A DNA stretch of 64,000 nucleotides from an uncultured delta proteobacterium (GCA_963811325.1 CAWEQT010000001.1:1624294-1688293), one strand, 5' to 3'. Shown: positions 26,051-35,964, counted from the stretch's first letter. Program-made: numbers and translations. Notes: generated by a model not told the origin, from the sequence alone.

Positions 26051-26869
26051 ATGGAACCGTTTAAAGTAATATGTATAGGAGGTTCTGATTCAAGCGGCGG
26101 CGCTGGAATTCAGGCGGACTTGAAAACTGTAAGCTTTTGCGGCTGCTGGGGATTGAACGTGATTACGGCGGTAACGGCGCAAAACACGAAAGGCGTTTCG
26201 GGCATTTATCCGGTTTCTCCGGAATTTGTCGGCAGGCAACTGGATACTGTTTTGAAGGACATAGGCGTTGACGCATTAAAAACCGGCATGCTCCCGACTG
26301 AAGAAACCGTTCAGGTAGTGGCAAAGAAAATTAAAAAATATAAAATTACGAAAGTTGTCGTTGATCCGGTGATGATTGCCAAAGGCGGAAAAGTTTTAAT
26401 GAGCAGCAAGGCGCGAACGCTTCTGGTGAAAAATCTTCTGCCTGTGGCGTTTGCCGTTGCTCCGAACATACCCGAAGCGGAAATACTGACAAAGATGAAA
26501 ATTACATCAATTGCCCTGATGAAGGAAGCGGCCGTTAGAATTTACGAAACGGGTGTCAGGAATGTGCTGATTAAGGGCGGACATTTGCCGGGCAATAAGC
26601 GGTTAGACGCTATTGATATTCTTTACGACGGCAACTTCTATGAATTTTCTTCTCCCTGGATTAATTCGCGCGATACTCACGGCACCGGCTGCACTTACGC
26701 GTCAGCGCTGGCGGCGGGAATTGCCAGGGGAGAAAATATCGTTGAAGCGGCATGGGAGGCCAAAATTTTGATAACCGCCGCTATCGAAAATGCTGTAAAT
26801 CTTGGAAAAGGATACGGCTCTGTGAACGTATTCGGGAAGAATATTTCAACTAAAAAGAAACAAGTTTAA
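26051..26869 (+). CDS. thiD: hydroxymethylpyrimidine/phosphomethylpyrimidine kinase ThiD
   Basis: VICIGGSDSSGGAGIQADLKT, DPVMIAKGG, HGTGCTYASALAAG. Start at MEPFKV rather than the longer ORF start at 25940. Confidence 0.9.
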   Translation: MEPFKVICIGGSDSSGGAGIQADLKTVSFCGCWGLNVITAVTAQNTKGVSGIYPVSPEFVGRQLDTVLKDIGVDALKTGMLPTEETVQVVAKKIKKYKITKVVVDPVMIAKGGKVLMSSKARTLLVKNLLPVAFAVAPNIPEAEILTKMKITSIALMKEAAVRIYETGVRNVLIKGGHLPGNKRLDAIDILYDGNFYEFSSPWINSRDTHGTGCTYASALAAGIARGENIVEAAWEAKILITAAIENAVNLGKGYGSVNVFGKNISTKKKQV

Positions 26870-26877
26870 AGTTGTAG

Positions 26878-26990
26878 CTCTCCGCGGCAAGCCACGGATA
26901 ATTTTCGATTCTTAAGGAACTATATGATTCAGCATTCGCTAGCTTATCCCGCAGCAAGCTATGGGAATTGCGCTCGCTGCCGAATTCAGC
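26878..26990 (+). repeat. ~110-nt intergenic repeat, family 2, copy B (occupies the thiC leader)
   Basis: See 17040-17150. Ends ~33 nt before the thiC ATG. Confidence 0.7.
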
Positions 26991-27023
26991 GATTTAAAAT
27001 GTTGCTTTATTTTGGAGGAATAA

Positions 27024-28301
27024 ATGACACAATTAGAAAAAGCCCGTAAAGGCTTGATTACTAAAGAAATGAAGATCGCAGCAAGAGTTGAGAAAGTCGC
27101 GCCAGAATACATCCGCCAGGGTCTTGTGGACGGAACAATTGTAATTTGCCGCAACGTCAAACATTCAGCTATCAAACCTCTGTCTATAGGCAAAGGTCTG
27201 CGTACTAAAGTGAATGCCAATATCGGCACGTCCAAAGATCATATGGATTTGAGTCTGGAACTCCAAAAACTAAAAACTGCCATTGATGCCGGCGCTGACG
27301 CGGTTATGGATCTTTCCACCGGAGGAAATCTGGCCGCCATCAGAAAAAAAGTAATGAAAAAATCAACCGTGGCTATCGGAACCGTGCCGATTTATCAGGC
27401 GGCGGTAAAAATGATAGTAAACGGCAAAGCCATATCGGAGATGACTGCAGACGATATATTTTCCGCCATCGAAGAAAACGGCAAAGACGGCGTAGATTTT
27501 ATCACCGTCCACTGTGGCGTGACCCGACTTAGCGTCGCCGCACTGAAATCGCAAAAAAGAATTCTGGGAATTGTCAGCCGCGGCGGCTCCATGACTGCCA
27601 ACTGGATGGATTGCAATAAAAAAGAAAATCCTCTTTATGAAGAGTATGAGCGGCTTCTGGAAATAGCCCATCGCTACGATATGGTTCTGAGCCTCGGCGA
27701 CGGACTGCGGCCGGGAGCGATAGATGACGCCACGGATCAGGCGCAACTGCAGGAATTGATAATTCTGGGCGAGCTGGCAGGCCGCGCTCGCGCCGCAGGA
27801 GTGCAGGTGATGATTGAAGGTCCCGGACATGTTCCCTTCACAGAAATCGTAACCAACATTAAGCTCCAGAAGGAAATCTGCAATAACGCTCCTTTTTATG
27901 TTCTGGGGCCTCTGCCTACCGATATCGCGCCGGGTTATGATCACATTACTTCCGCTATCGGCGGAGCAATTGCCGGAGCCGCCGGAGCTGATTTCCTCTG
28001 CTACGTCACGCCCGCGGAACACCTGCGCCTGCCTACTCTGGCCGATGTCCGTGAAGGAGTTATCGCCGCGCGTATCGCCGCGCATATTGCCGATATCGCC
28101 AAGGGAGTGAAGAATGCCCGTGAAAGAGACAGAAAAATGTCGCAGTGTCGGAAGAACTTCGACTGGCAGGGACAGATGGATTTATCCATTGATCCTCATA
28201 AAACGGTTTCTCTTCTGGAAAAAAGCAAAAGCGCCAAAGATGAGGGCTGTACCATGTGCGGCGATCTCTGCGCCATTAAACTAGGCAGGAAAAAATCGTA
28301 G
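27024..28301 (+). CDS. thiC: phosphomethylpyrimidine synthase ThiC (short form)
   Basis: Conserved throughout, e.g. VNANIGTS, DLSTGG, TVHCGV, SRGG, GDGLRPG, EGPGHVP, YVLGPLPTDIAPGYDHITSAIG. C-terminal CTMCGDLC cluster motif. Confidence 0.95.
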   Translation: MTQLEKARKGLITKEMKIAARVEKVAPEYIRQGLVDGTIVICRNVKHSAIKPLSIGKGLRTKVNANIGTSKDHMDLSLELQKLKTAIDAGADAVMDLSTGGNLAAIRKKVMKKSTVAIGTVPIYQAAVKMIVNGKAISEMTADDIFSAIEENGKDGVDFITVHCGVTRLSVAALKSQKRILGIVSRGGSMTANWMDCNKKENPLYEEYERLLEIAHRYDMVLSLGDGLRPGAIDDATDQAQLQELIILGELAGRARAAGVQVMIEGPGHVPFTEIVTNIKLQKEICNNAPFYVLGPLPTDIAPGYDHITSAIGGAIAGAAGADFLCYVTPAEHLRLPTLADVREGVIAARIAAHIADIAKGVKNARERDRKMSQCRKNFDWQGQMDLSIDPHKTVSLLEKSKSAKDEGCTMCGDLCAIKLGRKKS

Positions 28302-28313
28302 GAGGAAGAATCC

Positions 28314-29648
28314 TTGCCTGATAATAACAATCGACAGCATGCTGAGGAAATCATCCATCGGCTGAAACAGTCAGGTTATGAAGCGTATTTTGTCGGCGGT
28401 TGCGTGCGGGATTTCGTTCTCGGAAATGCCTCCAGTGATTATGACATTGTGACTTCGGCGCGTCCCGATCAGGTAATGGAACTGTTTTCCAATACCATAT
28501 CTATTGGCGCGAAGTTCGGCGTTATCGCCGTCATTGTGCAAAGCCATCCTTATGAAGTCGCTACGTTCCGCAGCGATGATATTTATGAAGACGGCAGGCA
28601 TCCTTCCCATGTTCATTTTTCTTCCGTTAAAGAAGATGTGTTCAGGCGTGATTTCACTATCAACGGACTTTTAATTAATCCGTCAACCAATGAGATAACC
28701 GATTATGTAAACGGACGGTCCGATATCGAGAAAAAAATAATCCGCACTATTGGCAATCCCGACAGCCGCTTCAATGAAGATTTCCTGAGAATGCTTAGGG
28801 CGATCCGTTTCGCTGCCAATCTCGGTTTTGTCATAGAAACCGAAACGATTAAAGCTATCGAAAGAAATGCCCCAAAAATAAACCAGATTAGCGCTGAACG
28901 GGTACGTGAAGAATTGAACAAAATCCTCACGCGCGGTGGGAGCCGACGTGGCTTTGAATTAATGTCTCAAACGAATATCCTGAAAGAAATATTGCCCGAA
29001 ATAGATAAATTAAAGGGCGTGGAACAACCGCCGCGTTTTCATCCTGAAGGAGATGTGTGGCAGCATACTTTAAACATGTTGGAGATGCTGCCTCAAAACG
29101 GAGAAACAGATAAAAACCTAAATCTGGCGTGGGGGACGCTCTTACATGATATCGGCAAAGCTTTCACCCGCAGCGAAGACGAAAAAGGTGTGCATTTTTA
29201 CGGGCATGTTCAGAAAGGAGAAGAAATCGCCGATGATATAATGCAAAGGCTTCGATTTTCCCGCATTCAGAGAGAAACAGCGCTCAATCTTATCCGCCAG
29301 CATATGGTTTTTATGAATACTCAAAAAATGCGTCCGGGACGCCTTAAACGATTCTTGCGTATGCCTGATTTTGATTTGCATATGGAATTGCACCGTCTCG
29401 ATTGTATCGCCAGTCACGGCATGCTGGACAATTATGAATTCTGCCGCGGCCAGCTTCAGAGTCTGGCTGTAGATGATTTGCATCCGCCACGATTACTCAC
29501 CGGCGACGATTTGATTTCTCTTGGATTTACCAGGGGAAAAATTATCGGAGAAATTCTAAATGCGTTAGAAGATGAACAACTGGAAGGAAAAATTACAACG
29601 CCGCAAGAAGCCCAAGATTTTGTTCTCGCTAACTGGAAGATAAAGTAA
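28314..29648 (+). CDS. CCA-adding enzyme / poly(A) polymerase family nucleotidyltransferase with HD domain
   Basis: Head domain YFVGGCVRDFVLG...DYDIVT, RRDFTINGL, RAIRFA. HD region WQHT...LLHDIGK. TTG start. Confidence 0.85.
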   Translation: MPDNNNRQHAEEIIHRLKQSGYEAYFVGGCVRDFVLGNASSDYDIVTSARPDQVMELFSNTISIGAKFGVIAVIVQSHPYEVATFRSDDIYEDGRHPSHVHFSSVKEDVFRRDFTINGLLINPSTNEITDYVNGRSDIEKKIIRTIGNPDSRFNEDFLRMLRAIRFAANLGFVIETETIKAIERNAPKINQISAERVREELNKILTRGGSRRGFELMSQTNILKEILPEIDKLKGVEQPPRFHPEGDVWQHTLNMLEMLPQNGETDKNLNLAWGTLLHDIGKAFTRSEDEKGVHFYGHVQKGEEIADDIMQRLRFSRIQRETALNLIRQHMVFMNTQKMRPGRLKRFLRMPDFDLHMELHRLDCIASHGMLDNYEFCRGQLQSLAVDDLHPPRLLTGDDLISLGFTRGKIIGEILNALEDEQLEGKITTPQEAQDFVLANWKIK

Positions 29649-30451
29649 TGAGAAATTGCCGCCTGATAATTTTTTTATTTTTTATTCTCCTGATTTCATT
29701 GTCATGTGCTCATGCTCATCGAACTTCGCGTTCGGCGTCAGTGTCGCTGTCGGAACAAAACAAACCGGCGCTGGAACCCCAGCCGATCCAACACAAACAG
29801 TCCCTCGAACTGATGGGATACACGATCCAGGCCGGTGCTTTCAAAAAAGTGGAAAATGCTGTGCGTTTGACGGAGGTATTGAAGAATCGCGGACTGGATG
29901 CCACATATTTTCTGGCATCCGATAAGTTCTTTAAGGTTCGCTTTGGTAATTTCACAACAAAGGAAATGGCCAGACAAAGAGCCGATAGCCTGAAAGAAGC
30001 AAAGGTCATCAAAGAATTTTACATTGTCCAGCCGGAAGATTACTCTGTCGCCAGGCAGAAGAAATACGGCACTGATTATCTCAGAGAAGCTTTAGTCAAG
30101 TCCGCGAAAGATTTTATCGGAGTCCCTTACCTTTGGGGCGGCGCTTCTGTTGATGATGGATTTGATTGCAGCGGACTTACAATGACCGTCTATCAATTAA
30201 ACGGACTGAACCTTCCACGCCATTCAATGAGGCAATTTGACGCGGGAACATCAATAAGTAAAAACAATCTGCAAAAGGGCGACCTGGTATTTTTTGCCAA
30301 GAAAGGAACAAGTCGTGTTTCGCACGTGGGAATTTACATAGGAAACAACAGATTCATCCACGCTTCATCGCAGGGTAAAAAAATCCGCATTGATTCTCTG
30401 TCCACTGCTTATTTCACAAGACAATTTGTAGGCGCTAAGACTTATCTATAA
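29648..30451 (+). CDS. lipoprotein with SPOR domain and NlpC/P60 (C40) peptidase domain
   Basis: Lipobox LISLSC. SPOR: YTIQAGAFKKVENAVRL...FKVRFGNF. C40: GVPYLWGGAS..GFDCSGL...VSHVGIYIGNNRFIHAS. Confidence 0.85.
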   Translation: MRNCRLIIFLFFILLISLSCAHAHRTSRSASVSLSEQNKPALEPQPIQHKQSLELMGYTIQAGAFKKVENAVRLTEVLKNRGLDATYFLASDKFFKVRFGNFTTKEMARQRADSLKEAKVIKEFYIVQPEDYSVARQKKYGTDYLREALVKSAKDFIGVPYLWGGASVDDGFDCSGLTMTVYQLNGLNLPRHSMRQFDAGTSISKNNLQKGDLVFFAKKGTSRVSHVGIYIGNNRFIHASSQGKKIRIDSLSTAYFTRQFVGAKTYL

Positions 30452-30507
30452 TTTAACACCGCGTATACCGAGCTGCCTGCAATTTACCATCTTGCGAATA
30501 GTAAATT

Positions 30508-30606
30508 ACCGGTAAGGCAAAAACTTTATTTGCTATGTGCTTCCCTACAGGATTCGCTTCCGGTCTTTGACTAACTTTGCTGGCTGCGTCGTCATCCTTT
30601 GACGAC
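30508..30606 (-). repeat. family 1 intergenic repeat, copy C1 (partial: right arm plus tail, reverse orientation)
   Basis: Its reverse complement aligns with the right arm and tail of the copy at 50049-50283 (GATGACGACGCAGCCAGCAAAGTTAGTC..., ...CCTTACCGGT). Confidence 0.6.
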
Positions 30607-30919
30607 AACTTGATATATATTGTTTAACTGATTTCTCAAAAAAATATTTAAAAATAATTTTTATTTTGCATTTTTCTTTTTTTTATTAGCGGAACTATTT
30701 TTTCAAATAAACAAATTGAAGCTCCATTCATTGACGAGTTTATCATAATTATTTCAAAGTGTTTATTTTTGATTATCTTGAAATGCAGAAAAGACGGGGC
30801 TTACAGCGTTTTATAAATAAGTAAAAATAATCTGACGTTTCGCTTTCTATTATCTGATGAACTTAAAATTCATATGCTGTAAAATATAAATAAAAAAAAT
30901 TATTATTTTGTAGTTTTTG

Positions 30920-30948
30920 TTGACGTGATAATAAAAATAAAGTAAAAT
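30920..30948 (+). promoter_or_regulatory. sigma70-like promoter upstream of the Lys/Ala-rich small ORF
   Basis: TTGACG (30920-30925), 17 nt, TAAAAT (30943-30948), within a very AT-rich ~550-bp spacer. Confidence 0.5.
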
Positions 30949-31012
30949 TAAATTATAAGAAGTTATTGGCAGCATTTTAAACAAACAATTTTGATAAAGG
31001 AGGCTCCACCCA

Positions 31013-31153
31013 ATGGCAACAGCAAAGAAAAAAGTAGTTAAGAAAGCAGCAGCAAAAAAAGTAGTTAAAAAGGCAGCTCCAAAAAAGAAAGTGGAAGCAA
31101 AGAAAGTTGTAAAGAAAGCTGTGGCAAAAAAGAAAGTAGCAAAAAAGAAATAA
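31013..31153 (+). CDS. 46-aa Lys/Ala-rich histone-H1-like basic protein (below the ORF-track length cutoff)
   Basis: Hand translation: MATAKKKVVKKAAAKKVVKKAAPKKKVEAKKVVKKAVAKKKVAKKK. Strong SD AAAGGAGG lies 8 nt upstream. TAA at 31151-31153. Confidence 0.7.
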   Translation: MATAKKKVVKKAAAKKVVKKAAPKKKVEAKKVVKKAVAKKKVAKKK

Positions 31154-31327
31154 GAAAATATTTTTTAGCCGTTTAAATTTTAATCAGTCAATTTGAAGGG
31201 GACGCAGTAGTATCGTTTTCATGGACTTGTTTTTGTATAGAAGGTGGAAAGCTTTCGTTAATCGGATTTTGTATTGCTAATCTCGATACCATAGTTGTTT
31301 TAGTTGCGTTTCAAACATCGACGAACT

Positions 31328-31359
31328 GGCGGTAATTGTTATATATAACGGTTACCGCC
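31328..31359 (+). terminator. candidate intrinsic terminator
   Basis: GGCGGTAATTGTTATA/TATAACGGTTACCGCC forms a 16-bp hairpin (two G-U pairs as RNA), followed by ATTATTTTA. Confidence 0.45.
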
Positions 31360-31465
31360 ATTATTTTATGTATGCCTGTCATATTATGACGCTGTCCTGC
31401 CCTATCTTTCACCGTTGCTTTTTGATTAAATTCATGTATACATATCTCAATATAGTCAGAGGTAA

Positions 31466-31482
31466 ATCAGTTATCAACTGAT
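31466..31482. promoter_or_regulatory. 17-bp palindrome upstream of sufC (candidate operator)
   Basis: ATCAGTT-ATC-AACTGAT, ~40 nt before the sufC ATG. Confidence 0.35.
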
Positions 31483-31521
31483 GATTTTCATACATTTTAA
31501 AGATAGGGGTAAATTAAACTA

Positions 31522-32277
31522 ATGCTGGATTTAAAAAATTTGTTTTTTACCACCCAGGGAAATGGTGACGGAAACGGCGCTCCCCGCAATATCATTGACG
31601 GCATCAATTTCAATTTCGAAAAAGGGAAATTTTACGTCATTACCGGTCCGAACGGCAGCGGGAAAACGACTCTGGCTAAACTTATAATGGGAATCTATCC
31701 GATATCCAGTGGCTCTATATTTTTCGAGGGCAGGGATATATCCGGTCTTTCCATTACCGAACGCGCCAAATTAGGCATCGCCTATAGTTTTCAGCAACCT
31801 GCGCGTTTCAAAGGAATTACTTTTCGGGATTTACTGGCTATGGCCACTGGAGTTGATGATGAGAAAAAGTTTCTGGAAATGCTAGGCCGGGTGGGAATCT
31901 GTCCGCTTTCTTTTCTGGATAAAGAAGTTGATGCCACACTTTCGGGTGGAGAAATTAAAAAAATAGAACTGGCTACGACTATTGCCGCCAATCCGAAACT
32001 GGCCATTTACGATGAGCCGGACACAGGCATTGATTTATGGACAATCGGTCCGATGGTCAGCCTTTTGAAAAATGAACTCAACAAAAAAACAACAACAATT
32101 GTCGTCAGCCATAACAAAGCTTTTTTGGATGTAGCGGATGTAATCATAATTATCGATAAGGGCTATATTGCTTATACCGGAGATTTGAAAAAAGCTTTGC
32201 CGCTGTTAACCGATTTGAGTATTTGCGCTTATCATCACAAATGCGAGGAAGATCAAGATGCTGGATGCCTTAGATAA
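31522..32277 (+). CDS. sufC: Fe-S cluster assembly ATPase SufC-like (ABC ATPase)
   Basis: Walker A GPNGSGKTT, ERAKLGIAYSFQQP, signature LSGGEIKK, Walker B LAIYDEPD. Followed by a SufB/D-family gene. Confidence 0.8.
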   Translation: MLDLKNLFFTTQGNGDGNGAPRNIIDGINFNFEKGKFYVITGPNGSGKTTLAKLIMGIYPISSGSIFFEGRDISGLSITERAKLGIAYSFQQPARFKGITFRDLLAMATGVDDEKKFLEMLGRVGICPLSFLDKEVDATLSGGEIKKIELATTIAANPKLAIYDEPDTGIDLWTIGPMVSLLKNELNKKTTTIVVSHNKAFLDVADVIIIIDKGYIAYTGDLKKALPLLTDLSICAYHHKCEEDQDAGCLR

Positions 32278-33178
32278 AAAATTATTAAAAACAGTAGCCG
32301 ATCTGGAAGGATTGCCCAAAGGTGCCTACAATATCAGGAAAAACGGTAAGCTTCTTCAAAGGCAGGTATCGGCCAATATTAATATTGAAACCAATGCCGA
32401 AGGAACTGGCATTATTGTGACTATAAAACCGGGCACAAAAAACGAATCCGTTCACATTCCCGTTATCTTAAGCCAGGCCGGTCTTTTTGATGTCGTTTAC
32501 AATTCGTTTATTATCGGCGAAGAAGCCGAAGTGACAATAATTGCCGGCTGCGGTATCCATTGCGGATCGTCCGAGTCCGAAGGCCATGCCGGCATCCACG
32601 ATTTTCAAGTGGGTAAAAAGGCAAAGGTGACCTACGTGGAAAAGCATTTCGCCACGGGAGAAGGCAGGGGCCGCCGCACTCTCAATCCGACGACAAAAGT
32701 ATTTCTGGACGAGGGAGCGACGGCGGAAATGGAATTAACCCAAATCAGCGGCGTTGATGAAGCCGACCGTTTAAACGAAGCGACTCTCGGACACGGCAGT
32801 CTTTTATTGATTACGGAAAGAGTTCTGACTGAAGGCGAACAGAAAGCGGTTTCTACTAATAACATCATCCTTCAGGGCTCCGGAAGCAGAGCCAACATGA
32901 TCTCCCGTTCGGTAATGAAAGGCAATTCCAAACAGATCTTTCACGCTTCGATGGAAGCCAGGAACAAGTGCTTCGGGCATATCGAATGCGACGCCATTAT
33001 TATGGATAACGGCACCAATGAAACCATGCCTGCGCTCAAGGCTCTCCATCCCGATGCCGAACTCACCCATGAAGCCTCGATCGGGAAAATCACCAACGAT
33101 CAACTTACCAAACTCATGAGCCTAGGGCTTACTTACGATGAGGCAGTCAACAGGATTATTCAGGGATTCCTTAAATAA
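32258..33178 (+). CDS. SufB/SufD-family Fe-S assembly protein (short form)
   Basis: 306 aa with the beta-helix-type repeat pattern and the C-terminal ...[18 protein letters not shown]....A..... consensus (here [35 protein letters not shown]). Overlaps sufC by 20 nt. Confidence 0.75.
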   Translation: MLDALDKKLLKTVADLEGLPKGAYNIRKNGKLLQRQVSANINIETNAEGTGIIVTIKPGTKNESVHIPVILSQAGLFDVVYNSFIIGEEAEVTIIAGCGIHCGSSESEGHAGIHDFQVGKKAKVTYVEKHFATGEGRGRRTLNPTTKVFLDEGATAEMELTQISGVDEADRLNEATLGHGSLLLITERVLTEGEQKAVSTNNIILQGSGSRANMISRSVMKGNSKQIFHASMEARNKCFGHIECDAIIMDNGTNETMPALKALHPDAELTHEASIGKITNDQLTKLMSLGLTYDEAVNRIIQGFLK

Positions 33179-33210
33179 AATTACAAATCCACGAAAACGA
33201 GAAAATAAAA

Positions 33211-34293
33211 ATGAAAACAAAAAACAAAAGCAAGGTTGAATTCAAGAATTTGCTGGTTACAGGCGGTTGCGGATTTATCGGCAGTAATTTTATACGCTAT
33301 TTAATTAACAATAATGATTTCTCCGGCAGAATAATTAATGTAGATAAATTAACTTACGCGGGAAATCCGGAAAATCTCGCAGGCATTGCCTCTGATTTCG
33401 CGTCAAGATATATTTTCCAAAAAGTCGATATTTGCGACGACGCTAAATTGGAAGAGGTATTTTCGCAATATGATGTTGACGCCGTCTGTCACTTTGCCGC
33501 CGAATCACACGTTGACCGCTCCATAAAAACCCCCGGTGATTTTATCCAAACCAACATTATCGGAACCTTTAACCTTCTGGAAACAGCAAAAGCCCGCGGA
33601 GATGAATTCAAGCTGTTTCATCATGTCAGCACCGACGAAGTTTACGGCAGTCTAGGAGCCGAAGGCCTTTTCCGCGAAGATATGCCGTATCGTCCCAACA
33701 GCCCGTATTCCGCATCCAAAGCGGCTTCCGATCATCTGGTACGCGCTTATTACAAAACGTTTGCCCTGCCCTCAACAATTTCCAACTGTTCTAATAACTA
33801 CGGCCCTTATCAGTTTCCGGAAAAACTCATTCCTTTGATTGTTCTCAATGCCCTTGAGGGAAAACCGCTTCCGGTTTACGGTGACGGGAAAAATGTCCGT
33901 GACTGGCTTTATGTCGAAGACCACTGCGAAGCCATCTGGACAATTATGACATCGGGAAAACATGGAGAAACATACAATGTCGGCGGCAAAGCGGAAATGG
34001 AAAACATTTTAATAGTGCAAATGATTTGCAATATTCTCGACGAAATCAAACCAGCGGCAGATGGGAAGCCGAGACACCAGTTGATTACTTTTGTCAAGGA
34101 CCGGCCCGGCCACGACCGCCGTTACGCCATTGATTTTTCCAAAATCAAAAATGAATTGAACTGGTCTCCCAGGGAATCATTTGATTCCGGAATGCGAAAA
34201 ACGGTCAATTGGTACTTGAACCAGAAAAAGTGGGTGGAAAATATCAAAACCGGCGCTTACCAAAAGTGGATTGAAGAGCAATACGGTTCGTAG
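33211..34293 (+). CDS. rfbB: dTDP-glucose 4,6-dehydratase
   Basis: [42 protein letters not shown] (YxxxK), [12 protein letters not shown]. Confidence 0.9.
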   Translation: MKTKNKSKVEFKNLLVTGGCGFIGSNFIRYLINNNDFSGRIINVDKLTYAGNPENLAGIASDFASRYIFQKVDICDDAKLEEVFSQYDVDAVCHFAAESHVDRSIKTPGDFIQTNIIGTFNLLETAKARGDEFKLFHHVSTDEVYGSLGAEGLFREDMPYRPNSPYSASKAASDHLVRAYYKTFALPSTISNCSNNYGPYQFPEKLIPLIVLNALEGKPLPVYGDGKNVRDWLYVEDHCEAIWTIMTSGKHGETYNVGGKAEMENILIVQMICNILDEIKPAADGKPRHQLITFVKDRPGHDRRYAIDFSKIKNELNWSPRESFDSGMRKTVNWYLNQKKWVENIKTGAYQKWIEEQYGS

Positions 34294-34622
34294 CATTGTT
34301 CTGGAGATTAAACATTATTTTATTACTTGAAGCGGCATTGTGATATCGATATGTTCAATGGATGCATAGAATATGATCAGATAAATATTTTGCCATGAAT
34401 TTGCTGGCTGGCAATATTTTATTCAGCATTTGCACGTATTATATTTATTAACAGGCAATGGTGCCATAGAACCAGCTCAGTAAATTTCGGGAAAGAGCGT
34501 CTCTATATTTTCCTGTCCTTTCCGCACGATTTTTTGTTCTTGGCGATGGTGTTAATATTTGTTGTTTTTTCAGTTTGGAAGTATAAATTTAAGTCATATT
34601 AATAATCGGGATAAGATGAATT

Positions 34623-35744
34623 ATGATGACACGTTTTGAAAGCATTATCAATACCGCAATCAAAGAATCCATGTCGGATATCCATATCACCGGTGAACAT
34701 CCCGTGGTCTTACGAAAACAAGGCGATATTCAATTTCACACTTCCCTGAGGTGGACTCATCAGGAAATCGATGATTTCACAAGAAAGCTCCTGATCTGGA
34801 TTCTTCCGGGTAGTATACCGACAATCGAAGAACTCAACCTTCATTCCTCTCTCCATGATATTTCCAGGATCGAGTCCGGCCTGGTACTCATCTGCGGCGC
34901 TACAGGGGTAGGCAAGACAACGACAATTGCGGCAATTATTAACGACATCAATAAATCCCGTCAGACACATATTATCACGCTGGAAGATCCCATCGAGTAC
35001 CGCTTTCAATCCAAAAACTCATTCATCGAACAGCGTGAACTCGGTTCCCATATGCCTTCTTTTAAACAGGGTCTCATTGATGTGCTGCGCGAAGATCCGG
35101 ATGTGATTGTTGTTGACGAACTGCGGGAAGGGGAAACTATGCAGCTCGCTCTCAATGCCGCAGAGTCGGGTCACCTAGTTATTGCCATTATGCACGCAGC
35201 CTCTCCCGAAGAGGCCGTCTATCGCATGTGCAATGCTGTGCCAGTAGAGGCCCAAAACGAGGTGCGCAATCAACTGGCGTCCACTCTGGCATGGATTGTT
35301 GTTCTGCAACTGATTCACCTGGAAAAAGCCGGCCAGCGTGTTCCCGTTCTGACAATTGTTCATGGCACCCAACCTATAAAGAACATCATCCGCGACAACA
35401 AACTTCATCAACTCAGTAACACCATAGAAATATCGAAAAATGAGGGTATGTTCCTGGCCGAACGTTATTTTACAGAATATCTGAAGACCCGCTCCGACTT
35501 CACATCCTGTAGGAAAATCTTTCGCCCCTCCACAGAATTGTCGCAGGATAGTTTTTACCAGTCGCCGCTGACAGAAGATCCTCCACAGATTAAGCATGAG
35601 GCAAAACACCAGGCCACAACGGCGTCACAGCCAATCATAGACGTGACTGGATACAGCGACGAAAATATCGACAGTATATTAAATATTAATGACGATATAA
35701 CGTTGAATAATATTGCCGAAAAGTTGAATAAGAATAACGTGTAA
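34623..35744 (+). CDS. divergent PilT-like AAA+ ATPase (type IV pilus retraction family) with N-domain deletion and C-terminal extension
   Basis: SDIHIT, Walker A GATGVGKTTT, HIITLEDPIEY, LREDPDVIVVDELREGET, AESGHLVIAIMHA. ~40 aa of the canonical N-domain (the RFRVN hairpin region) is absent, with ~90 extra C-terminal residues. Confidence 0.7.
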   Translation: MMTRFESIINTAIKESMSDIHITGEHPVVLRKQGDIQFHTSLRWTHQEIDDFTRKLLIWILPGSIPTIEELNLHSSLHDISRIESGLVLICGATGVGKTTTIAAIINDINKSRQTHIITLEDPIEYRFQSKNSFIEQRELGSHMPSFKQGLIDVLREDPDVIVVDELREGETMQLALNAAESGHLVIAIMHAASPEEAVYRMCNAVPVEAQNEVRNQLASTLAWIVVLQLIHLEKAGQRVPVLTIVHGTQPIKNIIRDNKLHQLSNTIEISKNEGMFLAERYFTEYLKTRSDFTSCRKIFRPSTELSQDSFYQSPLTEDPPQIKHEAKHQATTASQPIIDVTGYSDENIDSILNINDDITLNNIAEKLNKNNV

Positions 35745-35839
35745 ATTTTTTAGTCACTTTTTGACATGAATCTATCACACATTTCTGACAGTTTTTTTTA
35801 AATTGTTACTGACGGCAGGATGCTGAACTTGTGCGTATA

Positions 35840-35964
35840 ATACCAATTCTCAATCAAAGATGATATTGAAGCGGCCAGGCGGAGGCAACGATACGTATTA
35901 TTCATACGTTGAGGACGCCGACAACGACGCCAACAAAAATAGCCCTTTGATTTAGAATTGGTAT
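35840..35964 (+). repeat. family 1 intergenic repeat, copy C2 (short form enclosed by a ~20-bp outer stem)
   Basis: Outer stem 35840-35859 / 35945-35964, left arm GATGATATTGAAGCGGCCAGGCGGAGGCAACG, central ATACGTAT-TATTC-ATACGT, right arm TGAGGACGCCGACAACGACGCCAACAAAAATAGCC. Confidence 0.7.

Noticed and set aside
26870-27023. TPP (THI-box) riboswitch upstream of thiC
   Set aside because: It is expected from the gene context, but I could not find the conserved CTGAGA or ACCTGATCTGGATAATGCCAGCG-like segments here or upstream of the TPK/thiD genes. The leader is occupied by a repeat also found at 17040-17150. A covariance-model scan is needed to be sure.
27363-28085. 240-aa minus-strand ORF and other long antisense ORFs inside thiC, topA, the ABC-F gene, the FAD oxidase, glpD-like and similar
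   Set aside because: These are shadow ORFs opposite strongly conserved, motif-rich genes. They have Arg/Gly/Ser-rich or otherwise biased compositions and no motifs.
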